NCBI GenBank assembly: GCA_038087875.1
Contig: JAXLNO010000600.1
Span: 558,001-622,000 of the forward strand
Source of the DNA: Malacoraja senta
Lineage: Eukaryota
Direction: 5' to 3'
Length of the DNA stretch: 64,000 bases
Positions 22,677 through 36,000 of the stretch are shown here, piece by piece (within the stretch, counting starts at the first letter, position 1; every line of letters starts with the position of its first letter). Below the pieces are notes generated by a model. That model worked only from the letters and a program-made list of their open reading frames with translations. It was not told where the DNA came from and made no database searches. The translations under genes and the position numbers were made by a program.

Positions 22677-25568
22677 TGGGTATGTTACAAAACTTATCTT
22701 CAGCGGCGCTGCAGTTCTGTCACTGGCCGTGTGCGCGACTTTGGCACCTTTGAGGGGAGGGGGGGGGGCGGGATTAAAAGCAGTTTTTCCCTGCCTGTCC
22801 GAGATATATTTTCTCGGGCTACTTCCTAATGCTGAATAATCGTTCCGACTGCCGTTCTGTTTTTTAAACAGCGGGACAATTTAAGGGCTGGAGTAAAATA
22901 AAAATCCACTTCTAACGCCGTCAACGCCGACAACGGGACGGATCTCCCGTACGGGACAAAACATAAGGTAAGTCGTTTATTTTACATATAAACTTGCTTC
23001 TTAGGATTACTTTAATCAAAATTTCATCAGCGAAAATGTGATTATGTAAATATACGAACCGGCAGTGTTTTTTCTGCCGATATGGGGTTTAAATTCACCG
23101 CAAACCGCAACGTTCCAATCGATCGCGTTCCACAAAATCTCACTCGCAAGATGATTAAAATGGCCATTAATTTACGGGAATTAAACACTAAATTCCTTCC
23201 ATTTGGCCTATAAATTCATGACAATGAGATTTAAAAATCATGTTATATTGTGAATTCTTGTGTGAATGTTATTTGGACACTTAGGCTATTTACAAATGTT
23301 AACCTTTTCTTAAGAAATGTATAGATGTTTAGATCTAGTAATTGAATTTTGTAATTAGCTACAATTAGGTAACTAACTAATTATATGCTTTAATTTCAGG
23401 TCATCCAAGTAAGATTGTTTCATATTTGTTTCAGGATGCTTCAATCTATAATAACTGAAAATTTCTTTCAGTTCCCTTAATTTTTAAGAAAGTTATGGGC
23501 TTTTGACTGTCCTCGATCACAGCTTTTCTGTTAAGTCAATGGAAAAGCAATAGGGAGGTTTCACGGCAGTCGGGTCACGACCCATGACCCGTACTGTTGC
23601 TACGCTACGCCAAATGGAGTACACGTGATGAACTGCAGGTAAGCACGGCTTACCATTGTTTCCAGCGTAGTGGGCCCGTTAAAACCCGCCGAAATTGTCA
23701 ATTTTTGCGCTGTAAATAATTATGGAAATCAGGATAAGCGTGAGAGACATTTAGCCTACTTCAGAATTCCAAAACTGTAGAGAAATTATGGTAAATAGAA
23801 GCGAGAGCTGAAGGGACAACAACAGCCAAAGTGCTTGTCGAACATTGGCCGTTTGCTCACTGCATTTCATCAACTAAGGCATTATTTGTGTTTTTTCTTG
23901 ATTCCTTTGGCATCTAAAAAGTTTCAGAAGTGATAAATCTGGCTGTAAAATTTTAAAATCGCCCATGGTTCGCAAGTGGGTTTTTACATATAAAAAGAAA
24001 ACGCCTCTGAAGCAAAATTTACTACCAGATTTATCACTTCTGAGACTTTTTAGATACCAAAGGAATCAAGTAAAAAAACAAATAATGCCTTACTGTTGAT
24101 GAAATGCAGTGAGCAAACGCGATAATTCCCAATATTTTCAATTCCGATATCTGCACGGCCAATGTTCGCCAAGCACTTTAGCTGCTGTTGTCCCTTCAGC
24201 TCTCGCTTCCCTTTTCCTTCATTTCGCTTCACTTTTGGAATTCTGAAGTTGGGTACACGTCTCCCACACTTACCCCGACTTCCACAATTTTTTACAGCGC
24301 AAAATTTCAACATTTTGGCGGTTTTTAACAGGTAGGAAAGTACGCGTTTCTTGCATTAATAACATATACCGGAAGTTACGTATGTCCTCCAGATGGATTG
24401 AGCTGCTCCGTGCGTCAAGCCCTATGACCCAGTGACCTTACATGCAACCCCCCTATAGGGAACAAGATGCTAATTTCCGAGTATGGAAATGGCCATAACT
24501 TTTTTTATACTGAAGATATGAAAGTGAATTAGGTAGGTATGTTACAAAACTTACCTTCAGTCGCGCTGTAATTCTGCCACTGGCCGTGTGCGCGATTTTG
24601 GCGCCTTTAAGGGGGGGGTGGGGTTAAAACGCGGTTTCTCCTCCCTTGTCCTGAATTATATTTCGTTGGAGTACAAGCGTTTGCTGACAAATCGTTCCTA
24701 GCGGCGTTTTGTGAATTTATTATTTTTATTAAATCGTCAATGTCAGCGCTAGAGTAATTTTAAAAGCAGCTCCTGAAGCGTCAACGCCGATAACGGGGAC
24801 GGATTTCACACACGGGACAGGTAAACGAAAGTGGTTTCTTTAAATGTATAAAAGTGCTTCTTAAGAAGCCTTTAATTCACATTTTTTCATGCGACACGGT
24901 GATTTTATTCCCCGAACGGCAGTATTTTTCATGCCAATACGGGGTTAAATTCACCGCAAATGAACGTTCCAAAAGATCGCGTTCCAGAAATCCTCACACA
25001 AGATGATTTAAATGCCCATTAATTTACAGGTATTACACATTCAATTCCTTCCATTTGGCCTGCAAATTCATGAAAATGAGATTTAAAAATTATGTTATAT
25101 TGTGAATTATTGTGTGAATGTTATTTGGACATTTAGGCTATTTAAAAATGTTAATCTATTCTTAAGAAATTGATAGATGTTTAGATCTAGTAATTGAATT
25201 TTGTAATTAGCTACAATTAGGTAACTAACTAATTATATGCTTTACTTTCATGTCTTCTAAGTAAGATTGTTTCATATTTGTTTCAGAATGCTTCAATCTA
25301 TAATAACTGAAAATTTATTTCAGTTATCTTAATTTTTAAGAAAGTTATGGGCTTTTAACTGTCCTCGATCACAGCTTTTGTGTTAAGTCAATGGAAAAGC
25401 AATAGGGAACAAGATGCTAATTTCCGAGTATGAAAATGGCCATAACTTCTTTAATACTGAAGATATGAAAGTGAATTAGGTGTCAAATTAAACTTCATTT
25501 TATGCTTTATCTGATGGGATAAATTGCAGACTTGATTTTTTAAAACTCAAAATGTTGTAACATTGCTA
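22677..25568 (+). mobile_element. Tandem dimer of a roughly 1.04-kb non-autonomous hATw-like DNA transposon
   Basis: Ends tgggtatgttacaaaa / tgtaacattgcta; 7-bp TSD gaacggg; second unit starts at 24534. Confidence 0.85.
23552..24454. mobile_element. Non-autonomous ISL2EU-like (PHIS group) DNA transposon with THAP exons
   Basis: TIRs agggaggtttca/tgcaacccccct; 2-bp AT TSD verified against the uninterrupted MITE; THAP ORF 24050..24313 (C-x4-C, FRIP, RVCSLHF). Confidence 0.75.
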
Positions 25569-25779
25569 GAACGGGGTACTGATTGTGGATGATCAGTCTG
25601 ATCACAGTGAATGGTGGTGCTGGCTTGAAGGGCCGAATGGCCCACTCCTGCACCTACTGTCTATTATTGTTTACTCTTAATTTATACTGTAATTTTTTTA
25701 AATTACTACTTAAAATAACACACTTAAAAAAAGAACATGGGTTTTGGGGGGAGGGGTAAGGGGAGAGTTATACCCGGGG

Positions 25780-26084
25780 AGTGGGAACCGCGACGTCCAC
25801 ATCCGCGGCTGAGGTAGCTAGCTACCTCCCTCCCTCCGTACCGGCGTCTGCTTTCCCTTCTTCCGCCGCCGCCATTTACCTCAGCCGCTCACCCGCCAGC
25901 GGCGCCATCTTGGCCCAGCGCCAGCTGACGCGTTCTCTGACGACGCCGTCAGACGTCATGACGCTGGAGAGGGGCAGACGTCGGGTCTCTGGAGAGGGGC
26001 AGACGTCGTGACGCTGGAGAGGGGCAGACGACGTGACGCTAAAGCGGGCGGATAGAGCGCGCAGACAACGGTGATCATCGCAAA
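25780..26084. promoter_or_regulatory. CpG-rich, probably bidirectional promoter (copy 1)
   Basis: High CpG; YY1-type gccgccattt and gcgccatctt; repeated gacgtc(a/g)tgacgctggagaggggca; ATG-initiated exons pointing outward. Confidence 0.55.
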
Positions 26085-26318
26085 ATGGTCCCAAGAAGAT
26101 GGAAGGTGCTGCCCGGGAGCGAGGCCCAACCCCCACCCAGCAGGCAGGTTAAAACTGAGGAGGGCCTGGAGATTAAGGCCCAGGAGTTTGAGGTCAAGGA
26201 GGAGGAGGAGGAGGAGACCCAGGCCCAGGAGATTGACGTGATTGAGATCAAGGAGGAGGGCCTGGAGGAGACCATGGAGGTGTGTCGTGCCCACACCACC
26301 ATCCCACCCCGGGCTAAG
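26085..26318 (+). CDS. Putative first coding exon, acidic, homologous to the Harbinger MADF gene N-terminus
   Basis: MVPRRWK...PPRAK|gtactt, phase-0 donor; paralogue at 41790. Confidence 0.5.
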
Positions 26319-26328
26319 GTACTTAATA

Positions 26329-27369
26329 TAGAAATGTTACAAATTCTTGAGATTTTAAAAATAAAGTCTGCAATTTATCCCATCAGATAAAGCATAAAAA
26401 GAAGTTTAATTTGACACTTAATTCACTTTCATATCTTCAGTATTAAAAAGGTTATGGCCATTTTCATACTCAGAAATTAGCATCTAGTTCCCTATTGCTT
26501 TTCCATTGACTTAACACAAAAGCTGTGATCGAGGACAGTTAAAAGCCCATAACTTTCTTAAACATTATGATAACTGAAAGAAATTTTCAGTTATTATAGA
26601 TTGAAGCATTCTGAAACAAATATGAAACAATCTTACTTCGAAGACATGAAAGTAAAGCATATAATTAGTTAGTTACCTAATTGTAGCTAATTACAAAATT
26701 CAATTACTAGATCTAAACATCTATCAATTTCTTAAGAATAGATTAACATTTTTAAATAGCCTAAGTGTCCAAATAACATTCACACAATAATTCACAATAT
26801 AACATAATTTTTAAATCTAATTTTCATGAATTTACAGGCCAAATGGAAGGAATTGAATGTTTAATACCTGTAAATTAATGGGCATTTAAATCATCTTGCT
26901 AGTGAGGATTTCTGGAACGCGATCTTTTGGAACGTTCATTTGCGGTGAATTTAACCCCGTATTGGCATGAAAAATACTGCCGTTAATTCGGGGAATAAAA
27001 TCACCGTGTCGCATGAAAAAATGTGAATTAAAGGCTTCTTAAGAAGCACTGTTATACATTTAAAGAAACCAATTTCGTTTACCTGTCCCGTGTGTGAAAT
27101 CCGTCCCCGTTATCGGCGTGGACGCTTCAGGAGCTGCTTTTAAAATTACTCTAGCGCTGACATTGACAATTTAATAAAAATAAAAAATTCACAAAATGCC
27201 GCTAGGAACGATTTGTCAGCCAAGGCTTGTACTCCAACAAAATATTAACCAGGACAAGGGAGGAGAAACCCGCGTTTTAACCCCGCCCCCCCTTAAAGGC
27301 GCCAAAATCGCGCACACGGCCAGTGGCAGAATTACAGCGCGACTGAAGGTAAGTTTTGTAACATACCTA
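26329..27369 (-). mobile_element. hATw-like MITE
   Basis: TIRs tagaaatgttacaaa / ttttgtaacataccta; 7-bp TSD cttaata/cttatta. Confidence 0.88.
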
Positions 27370-27849
27370 CTTATTATAAAATGTGCCATTGATAATGTGA
27401 TGGTCAATAGACAATGGGTGCATCCGTGCAGGAGTAGGCCATTCGGCCCTTCAAGCCAGCACTGCCATTCAATGTGATCAAGGCTGATCATCCCCAATCA
27501 GTACCCCGTTGCCTTTATGGTTTATGTACATCATGAGAAATCAGATAAAGAGAAATAGAGCGTTGCTTTAAATCAAAGTTGCTTCTGATCAATGAGGGAA
27601 CTTTGAGGTCTATTATCTCTATCTTGCCTCGCTCACACAAACACACATTCATATATACATATAATAGGTTATATTTGTGCATAGTGCGTGTTCGAGCAAT
27701 ACAAGGGAAACTGCAGAAAAAGAGGGGGATGGGGAGGAAGGATGGGACGGAAATGGGCAGAAACAGATAGATTAAGCAAGGAGAAAAACATTTAATAAGA
27801 AAATGAACAAAATGATGAATTTGATAGATGAGCTATATCACACACACAT

Positions 27850-28335
27850 ACTGTTCCCCCACAACACTGATTACACTGCATAACGGAAGTCGGGTCGGGT
27901 TTCCCAAAATGAAGATTGTTAAGGTATTGGACACGCTAGAGGCAGGAAACATGTTCCCGATGTTGGGGGAGTCCAGAACCAGGGGCCACAGTTTAAGAAT
28001 AAGGGGTAAACCATTTAGAACGGAGACGAGGAAACACTTTTTCTCACAGAGTTGTGAGTCTGTGGAATTCTCTGCCTCAGAGGGCGGTGGAGGCAGGTTC
28101 TCTGGATACTTTCAAGAGAGAGCTAGATAGGGCTCTTAAAGATAGTGGAGTCAGGGGATATGGGGAGAAGGCAGGAACGGGGTACTGATTGGGGATGATC
28201 AGCCATGATCACATTGAATGGTGGTACCGGCTGGAAGGGCCGAATGGCCTACTCCTGCACCTATTGTCTGATGGCGGAGGTTCCGCTCCGTTGCGTACTA
28301 CACGTCAATCCATTGGATTTTGCAGGAGTGGTAAA
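27850..28335 (+). mobile_element. Relative of the 9038 hAT MITE, interrupted by a CR1 3' fragment (about 27910-28270)
   Basis: ctgttcccc..tgattacactgc..gtcgggtcgggt and gttccg.tccgttgcgt.ctacacgtca..gcaggagtggt match the MITE interior. Confidence 0.65.
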
Positions 28336-28585
28336 AATAATAGCGCCACTAGCGGTGAAATTTATATGGCTAATTGCGATCCCTCAAATTAATCTCTGTT
28401 GCTATGTAAATGCGCTTTCATTGTTTTCACTTTGTGAATTAATTATGGTGTAATAAAAGCAAATAATTGTACAAATAAAAACTTATTTATCAATGATTAT
28501 TATTCAAATCTTCCTTCAATATATGCAGAATGTATCTTTCTTTAGAAACTTAAAGCTAGCTTTGAATCTTCTCATATTTTAATAG

Positions 28586-31006
28586 GCCGTACGAAAGTCC
28601 CCTTCTCGAAAGAGAAAAGCACAATCAAGCAGCGAGAAGTTCCGCTTTCCTAAATTGCCCCGAAGTCAAAAGAAATCTTTGTTGATTCCTGATAAAAGAA
28701 ATGCAGCGAATGAAGATGGTTTCTCTGGCGGGTCTACAGTAATAAGCCCATTGATAGCTCCAGAAGGTGCCTTTCCATCTTCCAGCGAACCTGTGGATGA
28801 AAAATCACATCACGAAACAATGAGCCCACTTAGACCGAATCAACCAAGGAAATTCCAGTTTCCAAAAAAACAATACAAGCATTTCAGGCGATCACTTCAA
28901 CCTGCGTGGTTTGATGAATTCCCCTGGCTCCACTACGTCGAATCAAAAGACGCTGTTCTCTGCCACACTTGCATACTCGCTGAACAAGAAAATAAACTTG
29001 TTGCCAAAAACAGAGAGGCCGCATTTACCCTTCTTGGCTTTTCAAACTGGAAAAAAGCAAGAGAAAGGTTTCGTGAACACCAATTGTCTCATTATCACAA
29101 ATTGGCCTCGGGGGTTGTGATGGTTCTTCCTGAGCAATGTCCTGATGTTGCTGAGGTGATGAAAACAAGCCTCAGTGAAGACGAGGAAGAAAGTCGGAGA
29201 AACGTGGCCAAGATCATTGAGAACATTCAGTTCCTAGCTGGGCAAGGATTAGCCCTGCAAGGCAAAGAAGATAAAGAGTCTAATTTCCTTCAACTCTACC
29301 ACCTCCGAGCAAAAGATGACCCTCGAATGTTACAGTGGTTGAAGAAGAAAACCAACAAATACGTTTCGCATGATGTTCAGAACGAAATGCTGGGAATAAT
29401 GGCGTTGCAGGTTTTGCGGGAGGTGGCATCCTCTATCAGGAACGGTGTCTTCTTCTCAATCTTAGCGGATGAATGCACAGACATCTCAAATAAAGAGCAA
29501 TTAACGCTTTTCCTCAGGTGGATTGACGATGAGCTGGAACCACATGAAGAGTTCATAGGATTCTACCACATACCAAACATAATGGCAGACACGATCGTGG
29601 CAGTCATCAAGGATGCAATCGTTCGAATGAATTTGGCGTTGTACAATTGTCGCGGCCAGTGCTATGATGCCGGTGGCCCAATGGCTGGTTCAAGAAAAGG
29701 GGTTGATCAACATATACTTAAAGAGGCCCCAAAGGCACATCTTACACATTGCCATGGACACGCCTTGAATTTGGCCGTAAGTGATGCAATGAAAGGGTCA
29801 AAGATGCTTTCAGATGCCTTGGACGTTACGTACGAAATTTGCAAACTGATCAAGTCTTCACCAAAGCGTCAAGGTTTGCTGGAGGAAATAAAAGATGACA
29901 TCAACTTGGAAGTAGCAGGTTTGAAGATCATTTGTCCAACTCGATGGACGATACGTGGACAAAGCTTCGATCGTATCATCGCCAATTATGAAGCCCTTCT
30001 GTTAGAATGGGATGCCTGTCTTGAAGAACGCCTAGACTCAGGGATGAGAGCCAGAATAATAGGTGTCAAGTCACAGATGGAGACATTTGGCTATCTTTTT
30101 GCTCTTCATTTGTGTGTCAATGTCTATTCCTTGACTGACAACTTGTCTAAGACACTACAAAAGACACACGTGTCGGCATCGCAAGGTCACCGCAATGCTA
30201 ACATGACGGCGGAGGTTTTGGAAAAGATGCGGACTGATGACAAGTTTGACAAGCTTTACCAAGAGGTACTTAGGATGTCAACGGAGCTTAACATATCTGA
30301 ACCTCAGTTGCCAAGACATCGAAAAGCTCCCAAGCATTTTGAATTGGGAAGTGAGGAACCATCTTTCCTGCCTTCACCTAAAGACTACTACAAGAGACTG
30401 TACTTTGAAGTTTTGGACTTGGCCATCCATGCAATTTACCGTCGATTTGATCAGCCCGGCTTTAAAGCATATCGTCAAATGGAAGAGCTTCTTCTTAAAT
30501 CTCTTCGAGGAGAGGATGCCCCAGGTGAGATTGAGTACTTGAATCATAACTATGCTGATGACATGGATATTCTAGCTTTGAAAGCTGAACTGTCTCCCTT
30601 GAGCACATTGTTAAACTCTGATAACCATCAATTTGACTGTTTCAACGACATTTACACGGCCGTGAAACAGCTTGATAAAGCTAAAAAATGTCTTATCTCG
30701 GAAGTGATCATCTTGATCAAACTCATTCTCGTCAATCCTTTGACCAATGCTGTAGGAGAGAGGTCTTTCTCGACGGCGAGACGGTTAAAGACATGGCTGA
30801 GATCCACAATGAGCCAGTGCCGTTTCAACAACTTGGCAATTCTTCATGTCCACAAAGAACGCACGTCTTTGTTAGACTTAGTCACAGTGGCAAATGAGTT
30901 TGTTTTGAAAAACGACAATAGGAGGAGGAATCTTGGTGTATTCACCCAACGAGACTTCGGGAAAAACATGTCCTTTCGTCAAAACTTGGACCTTATCACA
31001 CTTCAA
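28586..31006 (+). CDS. Intact hAT-family transposase-like exon (ZMYM1/ZNF862-like: TTF-type zinc finger, DUF4371-like, hAT dimerisation region)
   Basis: WFDEFPWLHY..CHTC..GFSNWKK..H, ILADECTD, GQCYD, HCHGHALNL, PTRW, ERSFS..KTWLRSTM; acceptor ttttaatag at 28585 and donor gtaagt at 31007. Confidence 0.85.
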
Positions 31007-31126
31007 GTAAGTCCTTCACTCATTCTAATCTATATTTCGTTCTTTTTTTTCTCCTTTTTACACCAAACACGTACAGGTACAATTTGTCAGCATTGCGTTG
31101 AAATGTATATTTCTAATGCATTTTAG

Positions 31127-31189
31127 ATTTCTCGAAGGTCTTACTTTGAAAAAAGTAACGTTTCCACAAACATATACCCCCTTTATTAA
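31127..31189 (+). CDS. Putative terminal exon of the transposase gene
   Basis: 120-nt GT-AG intron with a ctaat branch motif; in-frame ISRRSYFEKSNVSTNIYPLY*. Confidence 0.45.
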   Translation: MSRRSYFEKSNVSTNIYPLY

Positions 31190-31197
31190 TGTCATGG

Positions 31198-31758
31198 TGA
31201 AAGAGTTAATCACTATTATATCATTTGCTGCCATATTTAACCACTCTCTGTAATAATAGAGCTAATTGCTATTGCATTGCTTGCTGGGATACTTGACCAG
31301 ATCTTGTGGCTTTGTATTTCTTCTCTCAAGCAGGCTTTCTCTAATGGAAAAGTACTAGCAGATAAGAGGGGCCAGTTAGGGAAGCCAGTACTGATAAGGG
31401 GACAGACACGAACTGGCGCAGAAAAACAACTCCATGTTAGGACTGGACTGTTGCATCTTGGGACTATGACCAATGTCTTGGTTTCGAGTAAAAGGTGAAA
31501 AACAACTCCATATTAGGACTTGGCTGATGCTTCTTGGGACATTACTTAATGCCATTGGTATTCTGCATACGTGACTTTTGCCGTATAAAAGACCCCGGGA
31601 TTCTTTGTCAAGGTGAGTGGTATCTTGGGAGAATTACTGAATACTTCTGGACTGTAACATCTCCGGCCACTCCCGTCTTGATGTAAAAGTAAAGCTTTAA
31701 GGTTTGGTTTACCTTAACCCTTTGTATTTTGTCTGTTTTTAAGATGCGAGCTTTAACA
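31198..31758 (+). mobile_element. Solo LTR (ERV1-like or Gypsy)
   Basis: TGAAAGAG...CTTTAACA; 4-bp TSD atgg; internal direct repeat aaaacaactccat.ttaggact; TATAAAA near 31585. Confidence 0.8.
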
Positions 31759-31827
31759 ATGGTTTGATGATTTTATATTCAAATCAAAATGAAATATACG
31801 TCAAAAGGAGAACGTATACTTTCAAAA

Positions 31828-32290
31828 TATGGGCGGGGGGCGGGGGGAACACATCCCTCCCATGTTTTAAGAGATGGGGGACTATTCCCCCCCCCCCCCC
31901 CCATGTTTTGTAATCCGGATTTTGAAATTTGGTGGAAAAAAACGATTAAAATCTCCGCTTTCCGCGAGACAGTGGGGGTGTCACTGTTAAGCGCTTGTTA
32001 ATTGTCACTATTAACATCGTATTAACACGATGCGTCACCAATTGTGTTTTGACCTTCAAGTATTACTGAAGGTATTCACGGAGAATTTCTTAAAGCTGTC
32101 TGATGCGGGTACAATTACCATTTGAACTAATGATGGGAAAGATTTAAACGGGTATCGGATTTAAATGGGTCAGGTCATTAAGGGCTCCGGCCGAACGGGT
32201 TTCCTGGCTGGCTTGCAGGTAAGTCCCTCATTCACAGTCACTTGCGTTATTTAGTATTTTTTTCCATCTCTCTCTCTCCCTCCCCCTCCA
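31828..32290. mobile_element. hAT-related fragment similar to the interior of 45257-47126
   Basis: Shared blocks aattgtgttttgacc..aagtatta, gagaatttcttaaa, gtcatt.agggctccgg..gcaggtaa. Confidence 0.5.
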
Positions 32291-33057
32291 AGGTTGGTTC
32301 TTCTGTTCAGCCATGATCACATTGAATGGCAGTGCTGGCTCGAAGGGCCGAATGGCCTACTCCTGCAGCTATTGTCTATTGTCTATTATTGTTTACCCTT
32401 AATTTATACTGTAATTTTTTTTAAATTATTGAATCAGGTAATCAAACTTCCACAGTACATAGTTTGTAGTCATATATTTAATATGAAAATATTGATCACG
32501 GATAGACAATTACACAAAATATAGATAATTTAGATGTTCTTATGACATGATTGTGGAAACAAAAATATTGATTTTGATTATCTTGAGAGTGGATGTTTGT
32601 GGATTTTGAACACATGTCTGTGTGAAACGGCCCTTGCCTGCTGCAGTGTTATAAACCAACAGAGTAAAATTTATGGGAATTAAACATTCAATTCCTTCGA
32701 TTTGGCATAGAAATTCATGACAAAGTGAGATTTTAAAATCATGTAATATGGTGCATTCTTGTGTGAATGGGATCAATTTGTTATTTGGACACTTCGGCTA
32801 TTTAAAAGTTTATTTTTTATCCTTTTCTTAAGAATGGGATAGATGTTTAGATCTAGTAATTGAATTTAGATGAATTTAATTGATTTGATGATAATAATGA
32901 ATATGATTTTTTTGTTGGGTATTTACTATTTGTTTTAACGTTTAACTTGTGTTGGGCATTTTGCTGAACAAAATTATTTCTACTTTTTTATAAACTGCAA
33001 ATAAAAACTTGTTTCTACTTAATGCTGTTCAGTGTTTTTTTTCTTTACATTTTTCAG

Positions 33058-36000
33058 ATGCCTCCGAAGAAGAAATGCATAATTATCAATCCAAATGCCC
33101 AGCCTGGCATAGCTAGAGCTCACCTTGAAGTGCATTTCTCTGTCATGCACGAGTCTACGAGGGATCTTAAAAATGGGCACATCTTGTACTTGTATACCTC
33201 GTTTGGTAAAAGTCTGTCTGAAACTGAGAAATGGCTGAGTTCACATTTCTCTTTGTCGGATGCAGAAGGCTATTCATTTGTTGCTGTTAACTCAAGGGTG
33301 AGGAGTCTCGTTAACCGGACTTTGCTTAAGTTTAAAAAACTCAGCAATCCCAAGGAACTTGCAAAATTTAAAACAATTTGTGATGAAACTTTTCAACTTT
33401 CAGAAGGAAGTCAACAAATTTCTTTACATGACATTCCACCGCCTAGTGCTCATGATCCTGAATCCTTGACATCTGCCGAAATCCAAGTGCCCATATTTCA
33501 AGACACTGAGGACATGGGTGATGACAATCAAAGTCTGCATCCTCCACTGAATCTAGCAAGGCCAACGACAGCTGCTGCCTCTCCTGAACCAATGCTATCG
33601 ACATCTAGTGTTTCAACAAGATGTAGCAGAGAACTTCTACGTCTTACACCATGGGAACAGAAAATGAAGAAAAGACTAAACTTTCTGTCCACATCCAAGG
33701 TCGCTCTTGCACTAAAGTATCGCACAAAGATCAGTGAACTTAGGGCACAGTTGAAAACTCCTAAACGTGTAGTTAATCAAGCCTTAAAGAGAAAGCAAAA
33801 CCAAATAGATTTGAAGGACAGAAAGATTCAGGAACTCAAAGCCAAATTACTTGGGAATACTTTGGCACGAGAGCTTGCTGAAACCAAGGCAGAGTATGTG
33901 AAACTTAAAAAAGCACACAGACAATTGCTGAAGTTTTGTGGCAGTAAGGAAAAGGGGGAAACTGTTTCAATTCACCAGTACAGAAAAGTTCAGGAAAAAC
34001 TAAAGGACAGGGAAGAGGATGTGAAACGCCTCAAATTTGACAATCTTGTCCTCAAAGAAGCAATCGAAACTCTCGAGGCTGCCAGTATTGTCAAGTCAAA
34101 GGTGGACCAGAAGACTTACTCCTCCACAACAAGGATGCATGTGTTTGACTGCGTATTGTAAACAAAACTCCCACAGCAAACATTCCAATCCTGATGAGCC
34201 AGTTCTACAAACGGAGTGGACTTGATCTGGATCGTGTTCCTCGAGGATGAAGAGGTGGGGCCTCGTGGACAGCGCCTCCTGCGAGTGTGAGGACCCAACA
34301 CAGACAGTGGAGCACATAGTCACCAGTTGCCCCAAACACCGGCCACCGAATGGTGAACGAGGTCTGATTGACATGGACGATGACACGTTGGCCTGGCTCG
34401 CCTCAACGGAGCTGCAGGTCTAAAAGACATACGACAGAAGAAGAAGTGTTCCTCGACGCAGTTCTGTTGAACTTATGGCCTGAGAATTGAGAGGTGTTGC
34501 TGAGTTCCAGACAGCAGAGATGATCCTCGCAAACAAAGGATTTGACTGCTGGCTTTGATGCAACCACCTAAGAAGAGACCCAAATGTGTACACCTCGCCA
34601 CCACAAATGAATGTCTTTCTGCAGCAGTCGATGAATTGGCTGGTGGGACTGCTGAGGACTATGCGCAACATATTTGCGATACTGTTGACAATTTGTGTGA
34701 AACTTGCACTTATTTCAGTGAGCGAGTGGATTTCCAAGACACCGGGCAAAAGATGATAGACAACATTACTAGTACACTGAGTGACAGGTGTGCAGCGGAT
34801 CATGCTGCTATTAGGATTGTGAACAGTGAGTGGGGTAAATCTTTGAATGAGCTCTACTGCCACTTGCATCCTCTTGACTCCATCGCAACGTCAGTTCGCT
34901 CAGCCCTCACAAAGCACAAAGAATCCAGAGGCAAAGCCTTTGGGAAGGACTGTCGAGCAGGAAATGTCATACTGCAGACGAACAAACTTCACTACAAGAA
35001 TGGAAAAGGGGACCCAAGAGGATTTGTTGCATTTTTGGATGAAAGGAACATCCCCCGAGGTGTCCTCCCACAGTACCGCAGCAACAGATTACATATACTT
35101 TTCCATATTAGTGGCAAGCTCATAGAACATTATGATGACTTTGTAGCACTGCTGAATAGCGGAACATCCTGTGGGGGGTTGAGAAGCGCCATCCTCCATG
35201 ACTTCACCCAGGCTGAAGCAAAAGTAGAACTTCAGATATTGGGCTTACTTGGCAAATATCTGACTGGGCCTTGGATGAAGCGCTTCTACACTTCAAGCCA
35301 GAATCAGATCAACGATGTTGATGACATCAAAGTGGTTAAAGGGGTGATTGCTGCTCTAAAGGAAGCCACAGAAAATCCAGACAACTTGATATTGGCAAGG
35401 GAAGATTTCTTCGGTGAGTAGTTGCATCTTGATGCCACGTTGACAAAACTTCGGCTACCAGTACATCCACAGTACAGTTCAAAGATGGGGAGCTGTCTTC
35501 AAGCTGTCATCACTGTGTTGGAAAGGCAGTATAGTAAATACTTTGAACTTGATGTAACTGAGAAACTGAAGGAGCCTGCATCAGCAAGATCACACAACAT
35601 TGATGTGGAGGAGATAATGGGGATGTTTAGCTCATTGAAACAAAAATCTCCCAATGCCACCATGTGTTATTTGTCATGTAGGATGCGGGCCTGCAAGAAT
35701 AGAACAGTCAACTTCTTTGATAATCTCGAGGAGCATCGTAGGGAGGAGGTGCTCTGTAAGGCAGTGATATGGGGGAGAGTGCAGAGGAACAGATGGAAGA
35801 AAAAAACAGAAGGAGTTGAGAGCAGAAATCATTAAGCGACAGAAAGACAAGGAGTGTGCTCGGGACACGAGAGGAAAAAACTAGAAACAGAATTGAAAGA
35901 GACTGATTTAGACAGCATTCGCAGAGATTACCCACATTTGGACTACTCCAAATGTGATGATCTACAGGACATTCTTAATGGGAAAGTAGTGGGCAGAAAA

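Larger units (their letters stand above)
22277..25665 (+). mobile_element. CR1 3' fragment split by a MITE dimer
   Basis: CR1 sequence at 22277-22676 resumes at 25569 (gaacggggtactg...). Confidence 0.88.

Noticed and set aside
28655..31126. Naming the ORF ZMYM1 or ZNF862
   Set aside because: Only the shared hAT transposase domains are present; there are no MYM zinc fingers or KRAB domain and orthology is not shown
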